DNA from: Pirellulales bacterium
Lineage (GTDB): Bacteria > Planctomycetota > Planctomycetia > Pirellulales > JACPPG01
Assembly (NCBI GenBank): GCA_036499395.1
Contig: DASYDW010000123.1
Location: 59,144 to 123,143 of the forward strand
Direction of reading: 5' to 3'
DNA: 64,000 bases
In this document: positions 56,783-64,000 of the stretch, in pieces
How positions within the stretch are numbered: the stretch's first letter is position 1
Layout of the letters: each line of letters begins with the position of its first letter
Made by a program: the position numbers and the translations under genes
The notes under the pieces: model-generated
Seen by the model: only the letters and a program-made list of their open reading frames with translations
Database searches by the model: none
What the model was told of the DNA's origin: nothing

Positions 56783-57104
56783 GCGACAGCTCCGAGCAAA
56801 AAATGCGGGGCGCGGAATGCGAAGGACCGAGAGAGACGCGTGGCGTCGGTGGCAGGTTGCCCGATGTTAGACCCCGCGTTCCGCACCGGCAAGCTTCCGC
56901 ACAGTGGACAGAAACGTTTACCTCCGTTCGCACAGTGAGTTTTCCACGGCGATTGTGCGGCGGAATTGCTAGCGCGCTAACTCGCTCGCTTGCAATGCGC
57001 CGGAATCTCGGCTACTTGTGGTGGTTCGCGATACGGAAATCAATGCATGCGCCGGCGGCCCTTTCTATGCGAGGCTCGCCGTCGGCTTACCAAGGCAAGA
57101 GCAC

Positions 57105-57494
57105 ATGGCAACAGAAGCAGCGGATAAAACAGCGGCGAAGCGGATCCTGATCGTCGACGACGATGCCGAAATCGTGGAATCGATCCGCCTGGCGCTCGAA
57201 GCCCGCGGCTATAAGATCTTGGTCGCGCGCGACGGCAACCAGGGGTTGGCGATGGCCGAGCGCGAGGATCCCGATCTGTTGATTCTGGACATGATGATGC
57301 CCAAGCGCAGCGGCTTTCTGGTGCTGGAGAAGCTGCGCCGCACGCGTCCCGTGCCGATGCGGGTCATCATGATCACGGCCAACGAAGGCAGCCGGCACAA
57401 GGCTTACGCCGAGATGTTGGGGGTCGACGACTATATCCGCAAGCCGTTCGCCATGGATCGGCTGATGGAAAGTGTCGCCAAGCTGCTGGCCTAA
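57105..57494 (+). CDS. Single-domain response regulator (REC only, CheY-like)
   Basis: KRILIVDDDAEIVESI...DLLILDMMMPKRSGF...ITANE...KPF, with the canonical DD/D/T/K receiver residues. ATG at 57105. Confidence 0.85.
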   Translation: MATEAADKTAAKRILIVDDDAEIVESIRLALEARGYKILVARDGNQGLAMAEREDPDLLILDMMMPKRSGFLVLEKLRRTRPVPMRVIMITANEGSRHKAYAEMLGVDDYIRKPFAMDRLMESVAKLLA

Positions 57495-57649
57495 GCCCGG
57501 TCGTTGGATCGATTTCTCCCGCCTGTCTGTTCTGCGCGCGTTTTGGCTGCGACACTGTTCGCGCAGCGCGTGCTATCATAGACCCGCCGATGCGAGCGGC
57601 TTGTACCTCGCACTTCTCGGCAGCGCGCCCCCGATCAGGAGATTTCGCG

Positions 57650-58411
57650 ATGCAACTGGGACTTGTCACTTACATGTGGGGCGCGGAATGGGACCTCCCC
57701 ACGCTGATCAAGAATTGCCAGTTGACCGGTTTTCGCGGCGTCGAGCTGCGGACGACCCACAAGCATGGCGTCGAGCCGGCGCTCTCGGCTGACCAGCGGC
57801 GCGAAGTGAATAAGCAATTCACCGACAGCGGCGTCGAACTCGTCGGGCTCGGCACGACCTGCGATTTTCACTCACCCGACGCTGCCGAGCTGAAGAAGCA
57901 AATCGAAGAAGCGAAGTCGTTCATCAAGCTCAGTCACGATTGCGGTGGCACGGGCATCAAGGTCCGCCCGAACGGTCTTCCGAAAGAAGTCCCCGTCGCC
58001 CAGACGCTCGAACAGATCGGCCGCTCGCTGGCCGAACTGGCCGCCTTCGGCGAAGGATATGGGCAAGTCATCAGACTCGAAGTGCATGGCCGCGGCACGG
58101 ACGAGCTGCCGCGCGTAAAAGCGATCATGGACGCCGCCACGCATCCCGGGGCGGTCGTCTGCTGGAATTGCAATCAAACCGATCTATCGGGCGCGGGGCT
58201 GGTCGATAACTTCAATCTCGTGAAGGATCGCCTCGGCACGATCCACATTCACGATCTCATCAGCACCTATCCCTGGCAGCAGCTGTTCGGCCTGCTGAAC
58301 GGCGCCAACTTCACCGGCTGGACCTTGGTCGAAGAAGGGGACAAGACGGCCGACCCAGTGCGTGTGATGAAGTACTATCGGCTGCTCTGGGAACGAATGA
58401 CCGCGAAGTAG
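57650..58411 (+). CDS. Sugar phosphate isomerase/epimerase (xylose isomerase-like TIM barrel)
   Basis: About 250 aa. GFRGVELR, GIKVRPNG, RLEVHG and IHIHD resemble the AP endonuclease 2 / xylose-isomerase-like TIM barrel family. ATG at 57650. Confidence 0.7.
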   Translation: MQLGLVTYMWGAEWDLPTLIKNCQLTGFRGVELRTTHKHGVEPALSADQRREVNKQFTDSGVELVGLGTTCDFHSPDAAELKKQIEEAKSFIKLSHDCGGTGIKVRPNGLPKEVPVAQTLEQIGRSLAELAAFGEGYGQVIRLEVHGRGTDELPRVKAIMDAATHPGAVVCWNCNQTDLSGAGLVDNFNLVKDRLGTIHIHDLISTYPWQQLFGLLNGANFTGWTLVEEGDKTADPVRVMKYYRLLWERMTAK

Positions 58412-58469
58412 GGCCCATCTCAATAGTGCCCATCGCGTGGCGAAGTAATACTGACCTGCCCAGCGCGTC

Positions 58470-59324
58470 TTACTTCGAGGCCACGACGCGATGAAAGTGC
58501 AACCGCACTTCGCGATCGACGACGCGGCGCACTCCTTCTACCAGGCAGTTCGGCTCGTTATCTTCCTGCCCGACGCGGATGATGTCGTCCAGCGGCATGC
58601 CCGGCGGCACCGTGAAGGTCGATTGATGGATGATCTGGTTGCCGGCGTCCAGGTCAGGCACGATGAAGTGGCACGTCGCTCCGTAGGTCAGCATGCGGCT
58701 GGCATACGCCTCGTGATACGGGCGGATGCCTGGAAAGCTCGGCAGCAGACCGTGGTGCAGGTTGATAATGCGGCCGCCGGCATACTTCCAACAGCTCGAC
58801 GGCGGCAGCACTCGCATATAACGGGCCAGGACCAGGTAATCGATCCCGTATTCATCGCACAAGCCAACCATCCGCTCGTCGTCGGCGGCGCCCTTCTCGT
58901 CCCCGATCTGATGCCAGTCAATGCCGAACTGTTCCGCCAGCGAGCGGCAGTTCGGCCGGTTGCCCAGCATGAGCGCCGCGTCGGCCTTGATCCGGCCATC
59001 GCGCACCGCGCGCAGCAGGGCCAGGGCCGGCTCGTGCCGTAATGTCGTGCAGATTGCCAGCCGCGGCCGGCCGGCACGCTCCTCAGGGGACCAGACGCGA
59101 ATCGAAAGCCCGGTGCGAGACCCGATTTCCTGCATCGCCTCGCGCAATGCTGACAGCCGGTCGGCGGCCAATTCCAAACGCAAGAGCATGGCGAAGACGC
59201 GTTCTTCGTCGTGATCGTACATCTGGATCTCGGCGATGTTTGCACCCTGACCGGTGACGTAATGCACGATGGGGTCGGCCAGGCCGCAATTGTCGGGACC
59301 GACGGCGGTGATATGTACCTGCAT
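58470..59324 (-). CDS. purU: Formyltetrahydrofolate deformylase
   Basis: N-terminal ACT domain (MQVHITAVGPDNCGLADPIVHYV) and a formyltransferase core (IINLHHGLLPSFPGIRPYHEAY). ATG at 59324. Confidence 0.85.
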   Translation of the reverse strand: MQVHITAVGPDNCGLADPIVHYVTGQGANIAEIQMYDHDEERVFAMLLRLELAADRLSALREAMQEIGSRTGLSIRVWSPEERAGRPRLAICTTLRHEPALALLRAVRDGRIKADAALMLGNRPNCRSLAEQFGIDWHQIGDEKGAADDERMVGLCDEYGIDYLVLARYMRVLPPSSCWKYAGGRIINLHHGLLPSFPGIRPYHEAYASRMLTYGATCHFIVPDLDAGNQIIHQSTFTVPPGMPLDDIIRVGQEDNEPNCLVEGVRRVVDREVRLHFHRVVASK

Positions 59325-60181
59325 AAGCGGAAAGCGATCAAAGGCTGGAGGGATCCGTCCGAAGGGCGCGGGCAAGTGCGTTCTATGCCGCGCAAATTCA
59401 GGACCGGGGGCGTGGCCAAAGGGGCACGCAAGCTTAGCACCCGGTCCGGCCAGGGGCGACTGGTGGCAGGTGCCGGAAGAATCGGCCCGCCCGGGGGCGC
59501 TGACGGAATGATTGAACGCCGGACCGCTTGATGCTCATTCGCCCGGGCTCAATCCCTCGCGCGCTGGCGGTGGCAAGATGTAACGGTCCGCCAATCCCTA
59601 GGGGATCGCCAGCAGGCAATCTCTTCCGCGTGTAGCGATTAGTTGGAGCCGCGCGAGCCGGGCGTCGAGAATAGCCATATCGGCCGTGGCACGGGGGCAT
59701 GTGCGCGATCGATCCGCAGGCGGCGGTTGACTACGGCTGGCTTGTCTTGAGGCTGGCGCGATGAAGCAGGCGCCGGCGACATGTCTCGGTCCATCCTTAG
59801 ACCTCACGTTTCGTGGTTGCTCGCGCGAAGAATCGTCGCAACACGATAGTCGCCAGGCGACGTCCGCTGCAAGCGAAGTTTGACAATGGGCCGCGACGTC
59901 CATTTACGCAAGGCCATTGCTGGCAGCGAAGACCGACGGAGATCAACGCCATCGTTCGACGCGATGCCGGTCCGGCCGCTTATGTTCCCCGCCCAAAAAC
60001 GATCCTGCCCGAAATCCCCGTAACAAACACGTCGATTCCACGCTAGCAAGAGAGCTGGACGAACGCGTGGCGATGAAATGCACGCCCGCGATGCGTTGTC
60101 GAGTCGCCCGCGCACGTTGGACTCTGGCATTTTGCTATTGCAAAGTTGACATGGCCCCCGTTTTGCCTAGGTGATACATTC

Positions 60182-61273
60182 ATGCGGCCTCATTTTTCGT
60201 CTGGTGATTCCACACGCCCCTCCGCCCCGCAGAATTCTATGCCCAGTGTCGCTACGACCGTGGCCCGCCCACGCACGCTGCCACCCACGTCGACGGTGCC
60301 ACCTGCGTCGACATTGCCAGCACCCCAGACCATCGCGCTCGCGCGTCCGACGACGGCGGCCGGAAATCATGTTGTGTGGACCTATGTCGTGGGGGTCGGC
60401 TCATATCACGCATTGGCCCTGCTGGCCCTTTCGCCCTGGTTTTTCAGTTGGACGGGCGTAGCACTGGCATTCGCCGGCTTGTATGTGTTTGGAACGTTGG
60501 GAATCAATCTCTGCTTTCACCGGTTGCTGACGCATCGCAGCTTCGAATGCCCCAAGTGGCTCGAGCATGCGTTCTCGGTACTCGGAGTCTGCTGCTTACA
60601 GGATTCGCCGACACGGTGGGTGATCGCGCATCGCATTCACCACCAGCACTCGGACGATCAGCCTGATCCGCATTCTCCGCTGGTGAATTTCCTGTGGGGG
60701 CACATGGGCTGGCTGTTTATCGAGAATCACGCGACGAAATCGGCGGGTGCCTGCGATCGCTATGCCCGCGACATATTGCGAGATCCGTTCTACATGCGGT
60801 TCGAGCGCAACTTTTTCTGGCTGTGGGTCAACCTGATACAGGCCGGACTGTTCTACCTGGCCGGTTGCACCATAGGATGGGCAACGACCGGTAGTCTCGC
60901 GGCGGCGACGCAATTTGGCGCGAGCGTGCTGGTGTGGGGCGTGTTCGTCCGCACCGTGGCCGTCTGGCACATCACCTGGAGCGTGAATTCGTTGACGCAC
61001 CTTTGGGGTTACCGGACCTACGAGACGGGCGAAAACAGCCGCAACAACTGGCTCGTGGCACTGATCTCGAACGGCGAAGGATGGCATAACAACCATCACG
61101 CCGACCAACGCAGCGCCGCGCACGGCCATCGCTGGTGGGAAGTGGACGTCACGTACCTGACGATTTGCCTGCTCAAGGCAGTGGGCCTGGCGCACAATTG
61201 CATCGGGCCGAATCAGCGCCTGCTCGACGGCGCCTCGCTGGGTGACACGCCGGCCGATATCGCGGTCGACTAA
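60182..61273 (+). CDS. Acyl-CoA/acyl-lipid delta-9-type fatty acid desaturase
   Basis: Three His boxes in canonical order: HRLLTHRSF, HRIHHQHSD and GEGWHNNHHA. Four TM helices. The Pro/Thr/Ala-rich N-terminus makes the start uncertain (ATG at 60182, track start at 60146). Confidence 0.85.
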   Translation: MRPHFSSGDSTRPSAPQNSMPSVATTVARPRTLPPTSTVPPASTLPAPQTIALARPTTAAGNHVVWTYVVGVGSYHALALLALSPWFFSWTGVALAFAGLYVFGTLGINLCFHRLLTHRSFECPKWLEHAFSVLGVCCLQDSPTRWVIAHRIHHQHSDDQPDPHSPLVNFLWGHMGWLFIENHATKSAGACDRYARDILRDPFYMRFERNFFWLWVNLIQAGLFYLAGCTIGWATTGSLAAATQFGASVLVWGVFVRTVAVWHITWSVNSLTHLWGYRTYETGENSRNNWLVALISNGEGWHNNHHADQRSAAHGHRWWEVDVTYLTICLLKAVGLAHNCIGPNQRLLDGASLGDTPADIAVD

Positions 61274-61486
61274 AGCTCGGCCGGAAAAGCCTCGGGGACC
61301 AGCGCGGGCTGACTCGCCTGCCGCGCGTCGCGCTTTCGACCGCCAGGGGCCGCGCGGATCTCCTAGCCGGTTCGGACCGGTTTTGTTACTCTAAACGCGC
61401 TGGCCGGTGGCCCTGGCGCGTACTCGATTGGCGGGGTCTGAACCGGCGTTTTTTTCACCCGGTCGAGAACCCACCAAGGCCCGCGA

Positions 61487-61930
61487 ATGGAAACGATCGC
61501 CAAGCGCAAGATTCGCCGCGAAGAACTGCCGGCAGGGGAATGCCTTTGTGACCATTGCCCGGCCAAGTGCTGCAAGTACCTGGCAGCGCCGATCGACGCC
61601 CCCGAGACGCAGCAAGATTTCGATTACATCCGTTGGTACCTGTTGCACAACGACGCGACGGTATTCGTCGAAGACGGCAGTTGGTACCTGTTGATTTACT
61701 CTCAGTGCCGGCACTTGCGCCCTGATAATCGTTGCGGCATTTACGAGACGCGGCCGCAGATCTGCCGCGATTACACGACCGACAATTGCGAATACGAAGA
61801 CGACTGGGTGTACGAGAAGTACTTCGAAACGCCCGAACAGGTCGAAGAATACGTCGACGCCGTGCTGCCTCGCGAGAAGGGGCATAGCTTCCGTAGCCGC
61901 CGGCCGACGCTGTTGCCGATCATCGGCTGA
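61487..61930 (+). CDS. YkgJ-family Cys-cluster protein (putative Zn/Fe-chelating domain)
   Basis: CDHCPAKCCKY near the N-terminus and CRHLRPDNRCGIYETRPQICRDY later, the CxxCxxxCC ... CxIYxxRPxxCRxY pattern of the family. Confidence 0.75.
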   Translation: METIAKRKIRREELPAGECLCDHCPAKCCKYLAAPIDAPETQQDFDYIRWYLLHNDATVFVEDGSWYLLIYSQCRHLRPDNRCGIYETRPQICRDYTTDNCEYEDDWVYEKYFETPEQVEEYVDAVLPREKGHSFRSRRPTLLPIIG

Positions 61931-62040
61931 TCGAACCTGCCAGCGCTTGGTCGGTGCCGTTTATCAATGATTGTTTGTCGTGCCCGCGCCGGCTGATCGT
62001 AGACCGGCTTCGAGTTCGGCCCCGCCAGGATCAATCTGCT

Positions 62041-63402
62041 TTGAACCGTCCGACACGCATCGAACCGCGCACGCTGAAGGGGTTTCGCGACTACTTGCCC
62101 GCAACGATGATCCCGCGCGAGCGGATCATCGAGGTTGCACGACGCGTGTACCGGTCATACGGGTTCAGCCCGATCGATACGCCGGCGCTTGAGTACCTGG
62201 AAATCCTGACGGGCAAGGGGAGCGACGAAACCGACAAGCAGCTTTATCGCTTTCAGGATCCGGGCGAGCGGTGGGTCGGCATGCGCTTCGACCTGACGGT
62301 GCCTCTGGCCCGCTTCGTGGCGCAGCATGCCGGCGAGCTGGGCATGCCGTTTAAGCGCTATCATATCGCCACCGTATGGCGCGGCGAGAACACGCAGCAT
62401 GGTCGCTACCGCGAGTTCATGCAGTGCGATTTCGATACTATCGGCACGCACAGCGTCGTCGCGGATATCGAAACCCTGCTCGTCATGCACGACCTGCTGC
62501 GGGAGATCGGCTTCGAAGATTTCAAGATTCACATCAACAACCGGCAGGTGCTGCGCGGCTTGCTCGAACGGGCTGGCCTGACTGAACAATCGGTCGCCGT
62601 GCTGCGCGCGATCGACAAGCTGGCGAAAATCGGTCCGCAAAAAGTAGTCGAAGAGATCACGGCCACGGCCGGTGCGACGGAAGCCCAAGCGCGACAAGTC
62701 GTGCAGATGGCCGAACTGCAAGGACCAAACGATCAAGTGCTGGCCGCTCTGGCCCCGCTAGTGGCGGGGAGTGAAATTGGCCAGGCCGGCGCCGATCGAC
62801 TGGCGGAGCTTCTCGCCGCGGCCACGGCCGCTGGTGTGCCCGAGCATCGCCTGAAGTTCGACGTGTCGATTGCTCGTGGACTCGATTACTACACGGGCGT
62901 CGTCTTCGAGACGTTCCTCGACCGCTTGCCGAAACTTGGCAGCGTCTGCTCGGGCGGGCGGTACGACAACCTGGCCGAGCTATATACCAGCCAGGAATTG
63001 CCAGGCGTCGGCGCTAGTTTGGGCCTCGACCGCCTACTAGCAGGCATGGAAGAACTGGAGATGATTCCACGGGTTTCGACCCCGGCCGAAATCTTCATCC
63101 CACTCTTCGATGCCAAGCTGCTCGACAAGTATCTGGCGCTAGCCGCAAAATTGCGTCGCGCCGACTTCGGCGTCGAGCTCTATCCCGAGGCCAAGAAGCT
63201 GGGCCAGCAACTGAAATATGCTGACCGTCGCGGCTTTCGCGTGGCACTCGTACTGGGTGAGAATGAATTGGCCGAGAACGTTTGCCAGGTTAAGCTGCTC
63301 TCGACGGGCGGCATGACCACAGCCTCACTGGCTAACGACGCCGCCGAGCTGATCGCCGAACTACGGCGACTCTTGCTGGCGAATGAAACGTCGGGCAATT
63401 GA
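62041..63402 (+). CDS. hisS: Histidine--tRNA ligase
   Basis: GFRDYLP, class II motifs (YRFQDPGERWVGMRFDLTVPLAR, FKRYHIATVWRGENTQHGRYREFMQCDFD, GGRYDNL) and a C-terminal anticodon-binding domain. In-frame TTG at 62041 gives a normal N-terminus; the track start at 61954 adds 29 atypical residues. Confidence 0.9.
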   Translation: MNRPTRIEPRTLKGFRDYLPATMIPRERIIEVARRVYRSYGFSPIDTPALEYLEILTGKGSDETDKQLYRFQDPGERWVGMRFDLTVPLARFVAQHAGELGMPFKRYHIATVWRGENTQHGRYREFMQCDFDTIGTHSVVADIETLLVMHDLLREIGFEDFKIHINNRQVLRGLLERAGLTEQSVAVLRAIDKLAKIGPQKVVEEITATAGATEAQARQVVQMAELQGPNDQVLAALAPLVAGSEIGQAGADRLAELLAAATAAGVPEHRLKFDVSIARGLDYYTGVVFETFLDRLPKLGSVCSGGRYDNLAELYTSQELPGVGASLGLDRLLAGMEELEMIPRVSTPAEIFIPLFDAKLLDKYLALAAKLRRADFGVELYPEAKKLGQQLKYADRRGFRVALVLGENELAENVCQVKLLSTGGMTTASLANDAAELIAELRRLLLANETSGN

Positions 63403-63440
63403 TCGGTGAGCGTCGCTTGTAGAATGCGCGGGAACTCGTC

Positions 63441-63546
63441 CGCAGATTTCGCAGATAGACGCAGATTAAAGGAATGAAATCTCGAATCGAGATCGGTGGG
63501 TTCGTGTTCCGCTGCCGTCGTTTCGAAAAACCTGCGTGCATCTGCG
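63441..63546. repeat. CGCAGAT heptamer cluster: three direct copies at 9-10 nt spacing plus one inverted copy
   Basis: CGCAGAT at 63441, 63450 and 63460, with ATCTGCG at 63540-63546. Lies in the lower-GC hisS / HYExAFE intergenic region. Resembles a dispersed repeat family that gives ICVxLRNLR-type artefact ORFs (as in track entry 63332..63625). Confidence 0.4.
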
Positions 63547-63607
63547 GATAACCAGCTTTAACGAACTCCTCGCGGTTCGTGAACTGCTTCCCTAAAGTGT
63601 TAGCACG

Positions 63608-64000
63608 ATGAATCGAGATAACCACTACGAAGCCGCCTTCGAAGAGTACTTGCGGGCCCGGCAGGTACCCTACGTCGCCGTCGACGAAGGGCGCCGCAGC
63701 TTGATGGCGGATACGTCGTTGAAGAGCCTCGATTTCATCGTCTCATCCTCCTCGGGCAACTCTTGGCTGGTCGACGTAAAAGGGCGCCGATTTCCCTCCG
63801 GCGAGCAAAAGCAGTACTGGAAAAACTGGTCGACGCGCGACGACCTGACCAGCCTGTCCCGCTGGGAAACTCTGTTCGGCGACCGGTTTGCGGCGCTATT
63901 TGTGTTTGCTTACAATATTCATGGTGACCGCTCGCCCTTGCCGCGCGAGAAGCTGTTCGAGCACCAGGGAGCCCTGTATGGCTTCCTGGCCATTCGGCTC
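63608..64000 (+). CDS. HYExAFE-family protein (PD-(D/E)XK-like), 3'-truncated by the window edge
   Basis: ATG at 63608 gives MNRDNHYEAAFEEYLRARQVPYVAVDEGRRS...LDFIVSSSSGNSWLVDVKGRRF..., open to the window end. It carries the HYExAFE motif and a D...(D/E)xK arrangement. Missing from the ORF track because no stop is reached. Confidence 0.7.
   Translation, partial: MNRDNHYEAAFEEYLRARQVPYVAVDEGRRSLMADTSLKSLDFIVSSSSGNSWLVDVKGRRFPSGEQKQYWKNWSTRDDLTSLSRWETLFGDRFAALFVFAYNIHGDRSPLPREKLFEHQGALYGFLAIRL

Noticed and set aside
58441-58477. 8-bp inverted repeat CGAAGTAA...TTACTTCG between the TIM-barrel gene and purU, considered as a terminator
   Set aside because: The loop is 21 nt, there is no U-run, and the right arm overlaps the purU stop codon. 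Too weak to call.
59455-59490. SRP-RNA-like motif CAGGTGCCGGAAGAATCGGCC
   Set aside because: There is only a superficial resemblance to the helix-8 GGAA tetraloop region. The flanking symmetric and asymmetric loop sequences (AGCA/GGAA pairing partners) are missing, and no surrounding Alu or helix-5 structure is evident.
59381-59520. Possible ZTP (pfl) riboswitch in the purU leader, since purU is a classical ZTP-regulated gene
   Set aside because: The minus strand lacks the conserved GACUGGCG and CCGCCUGGGCA elements; the nearest match, CGCCCCTGGCC, needs a 2-nt insertion. Weak look-alikes (GCGACTGGTGG ... CCGCCCGGGGGC) are on the plus strand, the wrong orientation for purU and 700 nt from the desaturase gene. 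Not supportable without a covariance-model scan.

Overview
GC-rich bacterial chromosomal segment (about 60% G+C by eye, not computed). Gene content points to Planctomycetota, probably Pirellulales-like: a DUF1501 protein, a HEAT-repeat lipoprotein, a HYExAFE protein, Cys-rich secreted proteins, an isolated flagellar gene and unusually long intergenic gaps. This taxonomy is an inference. I support about 55 protein-coding genes. I found no rRNA, tRNA, CRISPR array, transposase, integrase or phage gene, so this reads as core chromosome rather than a mobile island. Recognisable blocks, in order: (1) recO, a BamD-like lipoprotein, an LptE-like lipoprotein and folP, next to the conserved phoH / HD-7TM (PgpH-like) / ybeY / CorC cluster. 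(2) cdsA, cysC and cyanophycin synthetase cphA. (3) An ECF41-type sigma factor behind an FAD oxidoreductase, with a textbook TGTCACA-n16-CGTC promoter. (4) A YciE / ElaB / CsbD stress trio. (5) dinB and mpg. (6) A block of uncharacterised envelope proteins at 24.9-30 kb: two paralogous secreted helical proteins sharing a C-terminal SYYTxGxGHFxD tail, a porin-like outer-membrane protein, a 19-Cys secreted protein and a W/N/G-rich secreted protein. (7) An MMPL exporter divergent from a GT39-like glycosyltransferase, then LptD-like, dgkA and a ceramidase-like gene. (8) VOC, Cys/Gly-rich, ThDP enzyme, HEAT lipoprotein, PqaA-like, orphan fliM, proA, a second GT-C membrane protein and DUF1501. (9) efp divergent from a tight epmB / VIT1 / metallophosphoesterase / epmA operon. 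(10) A ceramidase-like paralog, a REC-only response regulator, a TIM-barrel isomerase, purU, a delta-9-type desaturase, a YkgJ Cys-cluster protein, hisS and a 3'-truncated HYExAFE gene. No canonical defence or mobile system is visible. The best candidates for something undescribed are the 24.9-30 kb envelope block with the shared C-terminal tail, the two extra genes inside the EF-P beta-lysylation operon, and the LptD-dgkA-ceramidase-like operon. All product calls rest on my recollection of family motifs, with no database search. Start codons are estimates; the first 'M' in the ORF track is sometimes GTG or TTG.
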